A DNA stretch of 64,000 bases, taken from Nitrosopumilaceae archaeon. GTDB lineage: Archaea > Thermoproteota > Nitrososphaeria > Nitrososphaerales > Nitrosopumilaceae. Numbering within the stretch: the first letter of the stretch is position 1; every line of letters starts with the position of its first letter. Positions 38,767 through 48,113 of this stretch are shown here, piece after piece. The notes below the pieces were generated by a model. It was not told the origin of the DNA. It ran no database searches and saw nothing but the letters and a program-made list of their open reading frames with translations. The stretch lies in assembly GCA_965214835.1 (NCBI GenBank), contig CBDCCK010000002.1, forward strand, positions 1,312,001 through 1,376,000, given 5' to 3'. The position numbers and the translations under genes are program-made.

Positions 38767-40251
38767 ATGATAGGCAAGGTACTCATCGCAAACAGGGGGG
38801 AGATAGCACTCAGGGTGATCAGGACGTGCCAGGCGCTTGGAATCAAGACCGTCGCAGTCTACTCGGACGAGGACTATGGTTCACTGCACGTCAAAAAGGC
38901 GACCGAGGCATACCATATAGGCGGGGCGGCCCCCGCAGAGTCCTACCTGAACCAGGAGAAGATCCTCGAGGTAATGCTGTCATCCGGCGCCGATGCCGTG
39001 CATCCCGGCTATGGGTTCCTCTCAGAGAACGACGACTTTGCGCGGCTGTGCGAGAAAAACGGCATCAACTTCATAGGGCCCACCGCGGACTCGATGAACC
39101 TTTGCGGCGACAAGATGCGCTGCAAGGCCGCAATGCTCAAGGCCGACGTCCCTACGGTACCTGGCAGTCCGGGGATAGTGGATACTGCCGAGGGGGCCGA
39201 AAGGGTCGCAAACGAGATAGGCTATCCCGTGCTCCTAAAGTCCGTCTATGGCGGGGGGGGCCGCGGAATCAGGCTGGTCACAAATGATCAGGAGCTGCGG
39301 GAGGGCTTTGCGACGGTGACATCAGAGTCGATATCTGCGGTCGGCAAGTCCGCAATCATAGTGGAAAAGTTCCTTGAAAAGACAAGGCACATAGAGTACC
39401 AGATGTGCAGGGATCACCACGGCAACGCGGTGCACCTCTTTGAGCGAGAGTGCTCCATCCAGAGGAGAAACCAGAAGCTCATAGAGCAGACGCCGTCCCC
39501 CGTCGTGGATGCGGCAAAGAGGGCCGAGATAGGCGAGCTGGTAGTCAGGGCAGCCGAGGCAGTCGACTATACCAACCTGGGCACCGCCGAGTTTCTGAGG
39601 GCCGACTCTGGGGAGTTTTACTTTATCGAGATCAACGCACGGCTGCAGGTGGAGCACCCGATATCTGAGATGGTATCTGGGCTGGACTTTGTAAGGCTCC
39701 AGCTGGACATTGCAAACGGCGAGCCGCTGCCCTTCAAGCAGGGCGATCTGAGGATGAACGGGTACGCCATAGAGTGCAGGATAAACGCAGAGGACACCTT
39801 CCTCGACTTTGCGCCCTCGACGGGGCCCGTACCCGCAGTTACGATTCCGTCAGGGCCAAACGTCCGGTGTGACACATACCTGTATCCGGGATGCACGGTC
39901 TCGCCGTTTTATGACTCCCTGATGGCAAAGCTGTGCACCTGGGGGCCGACCTTTGAGGAGGCCCGCACCCGCATGCTGGCAGCCCTGGGGGACTTTTACA
40001 TCGAGGGCGTCGAGACGTCGATTCCGCTCTACAAGACCATACTGGAGACCGACGAGTACAAAAACGGCCTGCTGTCAACTGACTTTTTGAAGCGATACGG
40101 CATAATCGACAGGCTGGCAGAGGACATAAAGTCCGATCAAAGGGAAAGGCAGGCGGCAGCCCTGGCGGCTGCGATAATGTACAGCGAGTACCTCAAGAGC
40201 AGGGTGACCTCCGGCCCCGACGACGACCACCGGTGGAGGAGCGGACTGTAG
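38767..40251 (+). CDS. accC: Biotin carboxylase subunit
   Basis: ANRGEIA, HPGYGFLSEN, ERECSIQRRNQK, RLQVEH. Confidence 0.96.
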   Translation: MIGKVLIANRGEIALRVIRTCQALGIKTVAVYSDEDYGSLHVKKATEAYHIGGAAPAESYLNQEKILEVMLSSGADAVHPGYGFLSENDDFARLCEKNGINFIGPTADSMNLCGDKMRCKAAMLKADVPTVPGSPGIVDTAEGAERVANEIGYPVLLKSVYGGGGRGIRLVTNDQELREGFATVTSESISAVGKSAIIVEKFLEKTRHIEYQMCRDHHGNAVHLFERECSIQRRNQKLIEQTPSPVVDAAKRAEIGELVVRAAEAVDYTNLGTAEFLRADSGEFYFIEINARLQVEHPISEMVSGLDFVRLQLDIANGEPLPFKQGDLRMNGYAIECRINAEDTFLDFAPSTGPVPAVTIPSGPNVRCDTYLYPGCTVSPFYDSLMAKLCTWGPTFEEARTRMLAALGDFYIEGVETSIPLYKTILETDEYKNGLLSTDFLKRYGIIDRLAEDIKSDQRERQAAALAAAIMYSEYLKSRVTSGPDDDHRWRSGL

Positions 40252-40261
40252 GCGGGCAATC

Positions 40262-40777
40262 ATGGAGTACGGGATTCAGGACATAGAGGGGGTCTTTGAC
40301 GGGCGGATAGTCAAGAGCTTGGGCAGCTCGGAATATGTCATCAGAATAGACGACCGCGAGCAGGGCCTGAGGATACTATCTGCGGACTCGCGCGGCATCG
40401 AGTTTATCCTAAACGACGAGTTCCACAAGGTAAGGTATCTTCAGGGCGGTACCGCCCAAATCAGCATGGTAGTAGACGGCGTGCCGATGACAGTCAGCAT
40501 GCACCCCGGCATGGACAAAGTCGTCTACAAGAACTCTGGAGGCGCGGGCGGCGCGGGCGGCGCACAGCTTGCCCTGAAGAGCCAGATTCCAGGCAAGGTC
40601 GTATCAGTCGACGTCGAGGAGGGCTCCTCCGTCAAAAAGGGCGACGTTGTATGCACCCTGGAATCGATGAAGATGCAGGTCGGAGTCAAGGCGCACAGGG
40701 ACGGCAGCGTAAAGTCGATCAGGATAAAGCAGGGCGGCAGCGTCGCAAAAAACGATGTCATCCTAGAGATAGAATAG
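40262..40777 (+). CDS. accB: Biotin carboxyl carrier protein
   Basis: ESMKM biotinylation motif. Confidence 0.95.
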   Translation: MEYGIQDIEGVFDGRIVKSLGSSEYVIRIDDREQGLRILSADSRGIEFILNDEFHKVRYLQGGTAQISMVVDGVPMTVSMHPGMDKVVYKNSGGAGGAGGAQLALKSQIPGKVVSVDVEEGSSVKKGDVVCTLESMKMQVGVKAHRDGSVKSIRIKQGGSVAKNDVILEIE

Positions 40778-40780
40778 GGC

Positions 40781-41251
40781 CTAGTTTTGCCTTATAAAGT
40801 CCTTGATCTCCTCATAGTCAGGCTCCCTTAGCGGATCCTCGGAGACCCACCTGTATCCGATGGTTCCGTCCCCCATGACTACAAACACGGAGCGCTTTGC
40901 GGCGTTGTACCCCTTGATGTGGAGCAGATCCGGCATCAGGACTCCATAGTCCCTGATCGTCTTGCTTGCATAGTCTGCAAGGACCGGGAAGTTATAGTCG
41001 TGCTTTTGGGCAAACGCCTTGTTTGCAAACGGCCCGTCGTTGCTGATTGCAACGACCTGCGCGCCGGCCTCGGAGATCTCCTGTAGCGAGTCCCTGAACG
41101 TGCACAGCTCCGTCTCGCAGACCGGCGAGCTTGCGGCCACAAAGAACGAGATCACTAGTTTTTTGCCCCCAAACTCCCCAAGCCTTCTCATCTTCAGCTC
41201 GGTATCTGGAAGCTCAAAGTCCGGGGCCCTGTCTCCTATTCCTGGTGCCAT
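40781..41251 (-). CDS. Peroxiredoxin (AhpC/TSA, BCP-like)
   Basis: APDFELPD, SSPVCETE, AKRSVFV. Confidence 0.9.
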   Translation of the reverse strand: MAPGIGDRAPDFELPDTELKMRRLGEFGGKKLVISFFVAASSPVCETELCTFRDSLQEISEAGAQVVAISNDGPFANKAFAQKHDYNFPVLADYASKTIRDYGVLMPDLLHIKGYNAAKRSVFVVMGDGTIGYRWVSEDPLREPDYEEIKDFIRQN

Positions 41252-41346
41252 GCAGATCAGGAATCTCTTGTCATATTAAGGACTTTGGAATCCTGCGATC
41301 GAATCTGCATAGTTTTATATACCAATTCAGGGGTGCAAAAGCTGCT

Positions 41347-41721
41347 TTGGTCGGGGAGGTAGCAGGCAACTACAGTCAGGTACTGCTCATGTTCGGCTTT
41401 GCCGTCGTTGCAACCGCTCCCGCACTGCTGATCTCCCGCATGATCGCCCCCAGAAAACTCAACAACCCAGTCAAGTTCCTGCCCATGGAGTGTGGCCAGG
41501 TTCCAAAGGGCGAGGGGCGCACCCACTTTATGATGCAGTATTATGCGTATATTCTCATGTTCGTGGTATTTGACGTGATGGCGATCTTCCTTTACGCCTG
41601 GGGCAGCACTATTCTCAACCTGCCCAAGGCAGCAACGCTTCCGATCATCGGGTTTCTGGCAGTAATGTTTGCGGCCATGGCATTTGCACTGTACCAGTCA
41701 AGGAGGCGGAACATTTGGTAG
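41347..41721 (+). CDS. nuoA: Complex I subunit A
   Basis: MECG loop, YILMFVVFDV; TTG start approximate. Confidence 0.93.
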   Translation: MVGEVAGNYSQVLLMFGFAVVATAPALLISRMIAPRKLNNPVKFLPMECGQVPKGEGRTHFMMQYYAYILMFVVFDVMAIFLYAWGSTILNLPKAATLPIIGFLAVMFAAMAFALYQSRRRNIW

Positions 41722-41740
41722 GCGGCGGGGAGGCATCCTC

Positions 41741-42271
41741 ATGACTATAAAGGATCTGATTACACCGCAAAACGCCAACGTGTTTGTAGGCAAGCTGGGG
41801 GACATTTTGGAGCGGGCAATCGACAAGCCGCTGGGCTATGCCATCAACTGGGGCAGGATCTGGTCTCTGTGGCCGGTTCATATAGAGACTGCATGCTGCA
41901 GCGTGGAGTTTGGCGCAGCATCAAGTCCTAGGTACGACGTTGAGAGGTTTGGAATCATCGAGGCGTTCGGCTCCCTGAGGCAGTGCGACCTGATAGTCGT
42001 CCAGGGGACCATTACGAGAAAGATGGCCCCGCGGCTCAGACTCGTCTATGATCAGATGCCCGAGCCCAAGTACGTTATTGCCATGGGCGCCTGCGCGATA
42101 ACCGGCGGCCTGTACTTTGACTCGTACAACGTGCTGCCCGGAATCGACGGGGTCATCCCGGTGGACGTATACGTGCCGGGATGCCCGCCCAGGCCCGAGA
42201 CCCTCATCCAGGGCTGCATGCTGCTGCAAGAAAAGATCAAGAGGATGAAGGCCAGAAAGCTTTCGGTCTGA
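41741..42271 (+). CDS. nuoB: Complex I subunit B
   Basis: TACCSVE, MGACAITGG, PGCPPRPE. Confidence 0.96.
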   Translation: MTIKDLITPQNANVFVGKLGDILERAIDKPLGYAINWGRIWSLWPVHIETACCSVEFGAASSPRYDVERFGIIEAFGSLRQCDLIVVQGTITRKMAPRLRLVYDQMPEPKYVIAMGACAITGGLYFDSYNVLPGIDGVIPVDVYVPGCPPRPETLIQGCMLLQEKIKRMKARKLSV

Positions 42272-42393
42272 CCAGTCAAACCGTCACCGCCTGTGGAAGG
42301 ACGGGGGTTGTCGCATAACTCCCAGTACTTTGCCGGATATCAGCAGATGTGAGGCGCCGATGCAGGCCTTCTCTGCCAGAGAAGCAACAGACG

Positions 42394-42463
42394 CGATCAG
42401 GAAAAACGACCCAAAATGGATGGAGAGGGACACAGATGACTAGCGAACCTGATTTTCATATAA
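42394..42463 (+). repeat. Family D dispersed repeat
   Basis: Copy of 4576-4645. Confidence 0.8.
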
Positions 42464-42520
42464 GACAACAAACCAGCTCAAGACAAAATAATAAATACCC
42501 ATAAAAAATTGTGACATTAA

Positions 42521-43768
42521 TTGAACAGTAAAATTTTAATCGCGATTGCGGCAATCCTCGTAGCAGCCGGCGGCATATCGTATGCCATGACGCTGGGCGG
42601 CCCGGCCGACCAGCCCACTGAGGCAATGCCTAAAGTCGTAGATATTTTGGATATTGGCGTGCTGCTTCCGGCAACGGGAGACCTGTCAAGCCACGGCCAG
42701 GACAACCATGTTGCCACAAAGCTGGCACTGGAGGACTTTAACGAATACCTGGAATCAAAGGACGCCGACTGGCGCATGAACCTGGTGATTGAGGACACCC
42801 AGACCGATCCGATTATCGCGCTAGAGAAGATCCAGTCGCTAAACGCCAAGGGGGTAAACCTCATACTTGGCACGCAGACAAGTGCCGAGCTGCGCAACGT
42901 AAAGTCCTATGCCGACTCTAACTCGCTAATACTTGTATCGCCCTCATCCACGTCCCCCAAGCTTGCATTTGACGACTCTATATTCCGCCTAGTGCCTGAC
43001 GACACCAAGCAAAGCAAGGCCCTTGCCAGGCTCTTGGATCATCACCAAATCAAGGTCGTGATTCCCGTGTATAGGGCAGACGTGTGGGGAGACGGACTGT
43101 ACGAGGCCACCAAAGACTCTTTTGAGTCAATTGGCGGCATGGTCGATTCGGGACTGAGGTACTCGCCTGAGGTAACGGTATTTTCAACCGAGGCAAGCCT
43201 GCTCTCTGATACGGTGGACTCGTATCTGAGCCAGGGATATGCCAAGGACGATGTTGCCGTCTTGATGATTGGATTTGCAGAGGTCGTCCACTTTATGAAT
43301 TCTGCCAGCTCTTATGATAATCTGTCAGAGGTCAGATGGTTTGGCTCTGATGCCTCCTCCAACGATGACTCGATAACCGATGATCCAATATCCTCGGCAT
43401 TTGCCCAAGAGACGGGGTTTTTGGCAACCCAGTTTTCGGCATCTGATAATGAAACATTTGAACGCGTAAAGGCACATGTAAAACAGCAGATAGGCTCCGA
43501 TCCGTCAAACTATGCCTATTCCTCGTATGACAGCCTGTGGATTCTGGGACTGACCGTAGAGCAGGCGGGATCCGGCGATACGGAGGACGTTTTGAATAAC
43601 ATAGTGTCCGTCGCATCCGATTACGAGGGCGCAATTGGTGATGTGGAACTAAACGAGTATGGGGATTTGGCCATATCCGATTATGAGTTGTGGGCCGTAG
43701 GCGGCGACGGCATGTGGCAGACGGTTGGGCGCTACATGTCAGACTCTGATAGCATAGTTATACGTTGA
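42521..43768 (+). CDS. livK: Branched-chain amino-acid-type ABC transporter substrate-binding protein
   Basis: N-terminal anchor; IGVLLPATG, EDTQTDP, SPSSTSP, FRLVPDD, YSSYDS (LIVBP-like). Confidence 0.88.
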   Translation: MNSKILIAIAAILVAAGGISYAMTLGGPADQPTEAMPKVVDILDIGVLLPATGDLSSHGQDNHVATKLALEDFNEYLESKDADWRMNLVIEDTQTDPIIALEKIQSLNAKGVNLILGTQTSAELRNVKSYADSNSLILVSPSSTSPKLAFDDSIFRLVPDDTKQSKALARLLDHHQIKVVIPVYRADVWGDGLYEATKDSFESIGGMVDSGLRYSPEVTVFSTEASLLSDTVDSYLSQGYAKDDVAVLMIGFAEVVHFMNSASSYDNLSEVRWFGSDASSNDDSITDDPISSAFAQETGFLATQFSASDNETFERVKAHVKQQIGSDPSNYAYSSYDSLWILGLTVEQAGSGDTEDVLNNIVSVASDYEGAIGDVELNEYGDLAISDYELWAVGGDGMWQTVGRYMSDSDSIVIR

Positions 43769-44511
43769 GTCTCTTATCTGTAAACTCTGTCACAAAGTCA
43801 TTTGGCGGAAACAGGGCAGTAGACGACGTTACGCTGGATATCATACCAAACAGGATAAACCTGCTGATCGGCTCCAACGGCTGCGGCAAGACGACGCTGG
43901 TCAACGCGATATCGGGCAACACCAAGGTCGATTCGGGGAGCATAATATACCGCGGAGACGACATTACGCAAAAAAGCATCCACTACAGATTCAGCGTGGG
44001 CATAACCAGGACGTACCAGACCCCGAGGCTCTTCTCCAACCTGTCGGTCCTGGAGAACCTCATGATGGCGCACCGTAACGAGGGCGAGTCGTTCGGATCC
44101 GCACTGCTCTTGAGGCACAAAGGCCAGGAGGACGCAATAAGGAAAAAGGCACTTGACGTCCTGGACTCGCTTGACCTGTCAGGCCTGCAAAACAGACTGG
44201 CATATGATCTCAGCGGGGGCCAGATCAAGCTGTTGGAGATTGCAAAGACCATGATGGGCTCCCCCGGAACAGTGTTGCTTGACGAGCCGATAGCCGGCAT
44301 AGCGCCCAAGCTTGCACACAGAATATTTGGGATAATATCCAAAGTATGCAGGGATCAGGGCACCACCTTTCTGATCATAGAGCACAGGCTGGATATCGCA
44401 CTGCGGTATGCAGACTGGGTATTTGTCATGAACCAGGGCAAGATAATCGCACAGGACTATCCTGACAAGATACTGCACAACAAGACGGTAATAGACTCGT
44501 ACCTGAGGTAA
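43765..44511 (+). CDS. livG: ABC ATP-binding protein (LivG-like)
   Basis: KSFGG, GSNGCGKTT, GITRTYQ, LSGGQ, LLDEPIAG, IEH. Confidence 0.92.
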   Translation: MSLLSVNSVTKSFGGNRAVDDVTLDIIPNRINLLIGSNGCGKTTLVNAISGNTKVDSGSIIYRGDDITQKSIHYRFSVGITRTYQTPRLFSNLSVLENLMMAHRNEGESFGSALLLRHKGQEDAIRKKALDVLDSLDLSGLQNRLAYDLSGGQIKLLEIAKTMMGSPGTVLLDEPIAGIAPKLAHRIFGIISKVCRDQGTTFLIIEHRLDIALRYADWVFVMNQGKIIAQDYPDKILHNKTVIDSYLR

Positions 44512-44518
44512 GTCGCTC

Positions 44519-45205
44519 CTGGCAGTTTCAATAAAGTCCCTGCACTGCGGATATGGAAAGAACCATGTCATACACGACGTTGATTTTTCTGCAGAAAACC
44601 AAATCACCGCGATTGTAGGCGCAAACGGCTCGGGCAAAAGCACGCTGCTCAAGTCAATATGCGGCCTGTGTGACGTGTATGGCGGGACAATCCGCATTGG
44701 CAAAAGAGACATTACAAAAGTCCCGACGCACAAGATAATCCACCTCGGCGTCTCATACATGGCTCAGACAAACAACGTGTTCCCAAACCTCAGCATACGC
44801 GAAAACCTGGTCGCGTCAGGCTCCGACCCCGATGCCGCCTTTAAGCTGTTCCCCGCGCTGCGCGCACACAAGAAAAAAAAGGCAAGCCAGCTCAGCGGGG
44901 GCCTGCGGCAGCTGCTGGCAATGGCAATGATAGTCTCAAAAAGGCCCCGGGTGATACTCTTTGACGAGCCGACTGCCAGCCTGTCACCCAAGAACGCACA
45001 CGCAATACTGGAGAACATACGCAGCATACAAAAAAAACTGGACAACTGCATCATACTGGTGGAGCAAAACGTGCACGGCGCACTGGAGTACAGCGACAAG
45101 GTATACCTCATGGCATCGGGGGCCGTCGTGTACTCGGGCGATCCGAAAAAGCTGTCCTCTGACTCGGATCTCGGCAAGAAATACCTGGGGCTGGATGTGA
45201 AATGA
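44519..45205 (+). CDS. livF: ABC ATP-binding protein (LivF-like), inferred CTG start
   Basis: Frame open from a TGA at 44504; Walker A GANGSGKS lies upstream of the first GTG (44675); LSGG, DEPT, VEQN. Confidence 0.88.
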   Translation: MAVSIKSLHCGYGKNHVIHDVDFSAENQITAIVGANGSGKSTLLKSICGLCDVYGGTIRIGKRDITKVPTHKIIHLGVSYMAQTNNVFPNLSIRENLVASGSDPDAAFKLFPALRAHKKKKASQLSGGLRQLLAMAMIVSKRPRVILFDEPTASLSPKNAHAILENIRSIQKKLDNCIILVEQNVHGALEYSDKVYLMASGAVVYSGDPKKLSSDSDLGKKYLGLDVK

Positions 45206-46104
45206 CGGTATTGCTGGTCGATGCAGTAATCTACGCATGCGTCCTGTCGGTTCTGTGCGTGGGCCTCACGCTGACGTACAAGATCACAAACGTGCCGAAC
45301 TTTGCACACACCACGTTTGCGGTGCTTGGAATGTACATGGCGCTGGTTACGACCAAGATGTTTGGCTCCACGCCGTACCTGGCAATCCCGCTTGCCTTTG
45401 TCCTGTCGGGTGCCACGGCGCTGTTCCTGTATTACTTTATAATCCGCACGCTGCAGAACAAAAAGGCCTCGTACCTGTCGCTGATCATATCCACGCTGTC
45501 CTTTGATATCTTCATGATCGGAGTCCTCAACATCGTAGCAGACTATATGACAAACGAGCTCCAGATTACCTCTCGTGAGTTTACGCTGAGAAGCTTTGAC
45601 TGGATTGTCATGGACGTGCCGATGGTGCTGCTTGTCTCCTGCGCGGTGCTGGCCTGCGTGGTCCTCGGGCTGTACTACCTGCTGTACTTTACAAAGTTCG
45701 GCATATCCATGAGGGCCACAATAGACAACCCCACGCTTGCATCGGCGTTTGGAATCAACACGAACAGGATCTTTTGCACGTCCTGGTTCCTGTCTGGCGC
45801 CATGGGCGGCATAGCCGGGGTCCTGATGTCCGTGTGGTTTCAGGGGGATCCAAGCCTGTCGGCCATAATGATTCCAAGCGTGTTTGCAGGCAGCATAGTC
45901 GGGGGCTTTTCTAGCATATATGGCGCGATACTTGGCGGAATAGTAATCGGAATATCTGAAATACTGGGCACCAGCTACCTTGCGTCCGTGCTCGGGTACT
46001 GGGTAGTGCCGTACAGGCCGATCATCCCGTTTTTGTTCATCATCGCAACGCTGCTGGTATCACCAAAGGGCATATCCAGCATAATACACAGGATCAGGGA
46101 GTAG
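45202..46104 (+). CDS. livH: ABC permease (LivH-like)
   Basis: GLTLTY...NFAH, TKFGISMRA, GGFSSIYGA. Confidence 0.92.
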   Translation: MTVLLVDAVIYACVLSVLCVGLTLTYKITNVPNFAHTTFAVLGMYMALVTTKMFGSTPYLAIPLAFVLSGATALFLYYFIIRTLQNKKASYLSLIISTLSFDIFMIGVLNIVADYMTNELQITSREFTLRSFDWIVMDVPMVLLVSCAVLACVVLGLYYLLYFTKFGISMRATIDNPTLASAFGINTNRIFCTSWFLSGAMGGIAGVLMSVWFQGDPSLSAIMIPSVFAGSIVGGFSSIYGAILGGIVIGISEILGTSYLASVLGYWVVPYRPIIPFLFIIATLLVSPKGISSIIHRIRE

Positions 46105-46111
46105 GAGTGGC

Positions 46112-47113
46112 ATGCTGGGCTCGGAGATAATATTCTTTGCAGACCTGATTGCGATATTTTCAATATACCTGGTAATCAACTCCAGCCTGAACCTGGAGTT
46201 CGGCTTTGCGGGGATTCCGAACTTTGGCAAGGTACTGGCGGTGGCAGCCGGCGCCTTTGTCATGGCCATAGTTCCAGCGTACATCTATGGCATGCTGCTT
46301 GACATCGATGCAGATCCGATAGAGGACAACTTTGAGGTAATACACCAGATAAACTCCCACGTGGCCGCGCATCCGGAGACCGCGGCACTCGTGTTTGGGG
46401 CGACAGTTGCCATTGCAATGGCTGTGGGAACGGTGCTAGGTGCCGTATCTGCATATCCTGCAATCAGGCTGCGGGGGGACTATCTGGCAATCACGCTTTT
46501 GGCATTCGGCGAGATAATCAGGATCGTGGGCATGAACCACGAGGGGCTGGTCGGGGGCACCCTCGGCGTGGCAGTGCCGGACTTTGCATCCTTTGTCGCA
46601 GACGAGTACAGGTTCCTGGCGTACAGCCTGTTTTTGCTGGGCGTTGCCATAACCGTGTACTGTGTTGTGCACAGGTTTACGGGCTCCCCGGTGGGGCGCC
46701 TGCTCCGGGCGGTACGGGACGACGAGACTGCACTGCAGTCGCTGGGCAGGGACACCGTACAGATAAAGATAAAGACGCTGATGCTTGCAGGCCTCATCGG
46801 CGCCCTGGGGGGCCTGCTTTACGCGTCATATGTGGAGGGGGTTGTGGCCTTTGGGTACAACAGGCTGAACTGGACGTTTCTGCCCTTTGTCATGGTAATC
46901 GTCGGCGGCATGGCAAACAACAAGGGGATGCTTGTGGGCACGCTGGTCTTCGTCGTGATCAGAAAGCTGATCATATTTTATAACGACTCGTTTTCGGGGT
47001 TTCTGCCCTTTGATATAATATGGCTTGACTATCTGCTGCTGGGGGGCATAATGATCATAGTGCTGATGTTCAGGCCGCGGGGAATAATACCTGAAAGGCC
47101 GGGGCGGGGCTGA
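46112..47113 (+). CDS. livM: ABC permease (LivM-like)
   Basis: SLNLEFGFAGIPNFG, RLRGDYLAITLLAFGE, GRLLRAVRDDE, RPRGI. Confidence 0.92.
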   Translation: MLGSEIIFFADLIAIFSIYLVINSSLNLEFGFAGIPNFGKVLAVAAGAFVMAIVPAYIYGMLLDIDADPIEDNFEVIHQINSHVAAHPETAALVFGATVAIAMAVGTVLGAVSAYPAIRLRGDYLAITLLAFGEIIRIVGMNHEGLVGGTLGVAVPDFASFVADEYRFLAYSLFLLGVAITVYCVVHRFTGSPVGRLLRAVRDDETALQSLGRDTVQIKIKTLMLAGLIGALGGLLYASYVEGVVAFGYNRLNWTFLPFVMVIVGGMANNKGMLVGTLVFVVIRKLIIFYNDSFSGFLPFDIIWLDYLLLGGIMIIVLMFRPRGIIPERPGRG

Positions 47114-47260
47114 GTCTGGGGCGCCGACCGGCAGGCACGCGGCACGGCAGGCGGCCCTGCCCCAGTTGATGGTGCAAGCCACCGGAATCCCCCCGATCAG
47201 CTTCACGCCTAAAAACCTAAAATAACGGCTAAAATGACTGGTGGCTAGGAAGACTGCGTA

Positions 47261-48112
47261 ATGAGTTCATCTGATCATGCTAAAGAAACCGAAACTAAAC
47301 CCGAATCCAAGCCTGCACCCGAATCCAAGCCTGAAGCTAAACCCGAGACTAAACCCGAATCCAAGCCTGCACCCGAATCCAAGCCTGAAGCTAAACCCGA
47401 GACTAAACCCGAGACTAAACCCGAGACTAAACCCGAGACTAAACCCGAGACTAAACCCGAGACTAAACCCGAGACTAAACCCGAGACTAAACCCGAGACT
47501 AAACCCGAGACTAAACCCGAGACTAAACCCGAGACTAAACCCGAGACTAAACCCGCAGCAAAACCGGAAACTCCTGCCAAGCCTCCACCCAAGCCTGCAA
47601 AGGAGGAAGAAAAGCCGCTTCCGGAATTTGAAAAAGGACTGTCAGAGAAGGTCGTTTCCCGATTCGGGGAAAGGGTAGAGGTACGCTTTGTAAAGCCTAA
47701 CCGGGTTGGCCTAAAGGCGGCACGCCAGGACGTCAAGGAGGTCGCCCAATATCTTCGTGACGAGCTAAATTTTGATCATGCAGAATCCGTCACCGGCGTT
47801 GACTATCCACAAGGCAAAGAGATTGAGGTCGTGTACCATCTGGGCTCTTATACCGACGATTCCCTGTCCGGGCAGGTTCTGGAATTGGCTACTAGGGCCC
47901 CCAGAGAGGAGGTTCCAAGTCCCGGAAAAGACTCGACGACCCTACCAAGCCTCAGGGAGGTCTTTTACAGCGTAGAGTTCCACGAGAGGGAATGTTTTGA
48001 AATGTTGGGCGTGTTTTTTGAGGGCCATCCAGACAACAGGAGGCTGCTCCTGCCCGAGGACTGGGCAGACCTGCCGCCTCTGAGAAAGGACTTTGCAATC
48101 AAGGGAAGATAA
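47261..48112 (+). CDS. nuoC: Complex I subunit C with long KPET-repeat N-terminus
   Basis: VTGVDY, ERECFEMLGVFFEGHP, PLRKDF. Confidence 0.95.
   Translation: MSSSDHAKETETKPESKPAPESKPEAKPETKPESKPAPESKPEAKPETKPETKPETKPETKPETKPETKPETKPETKPETKPETKPETKPETKPETKPAAKPETPAKPPPKPAKEEEKPLPEFEKGLSEKVVSRFGERVEVRFVKPNRVGLKAARQDVKEVAQYLRDELNFDHAESVTGVDYPQGKEIEVVYHLGSYTDDSLSGQVLELATRAPREEVPSPGKDSTTLPSLREVFYSVEFHERECFEMLGVFFEGHPDNRRLLLPEDWADLPPLRKDFAIKGR
47294..47555. repeat. 54-bp duplication plus 13 perfect 12-bp units (ctaaacccgaga) in nuoC
   Basis: Direct inspection; 12-bp run at 47391-47546. Confidence 0.95.
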
Positions 48113-48113
48113 G

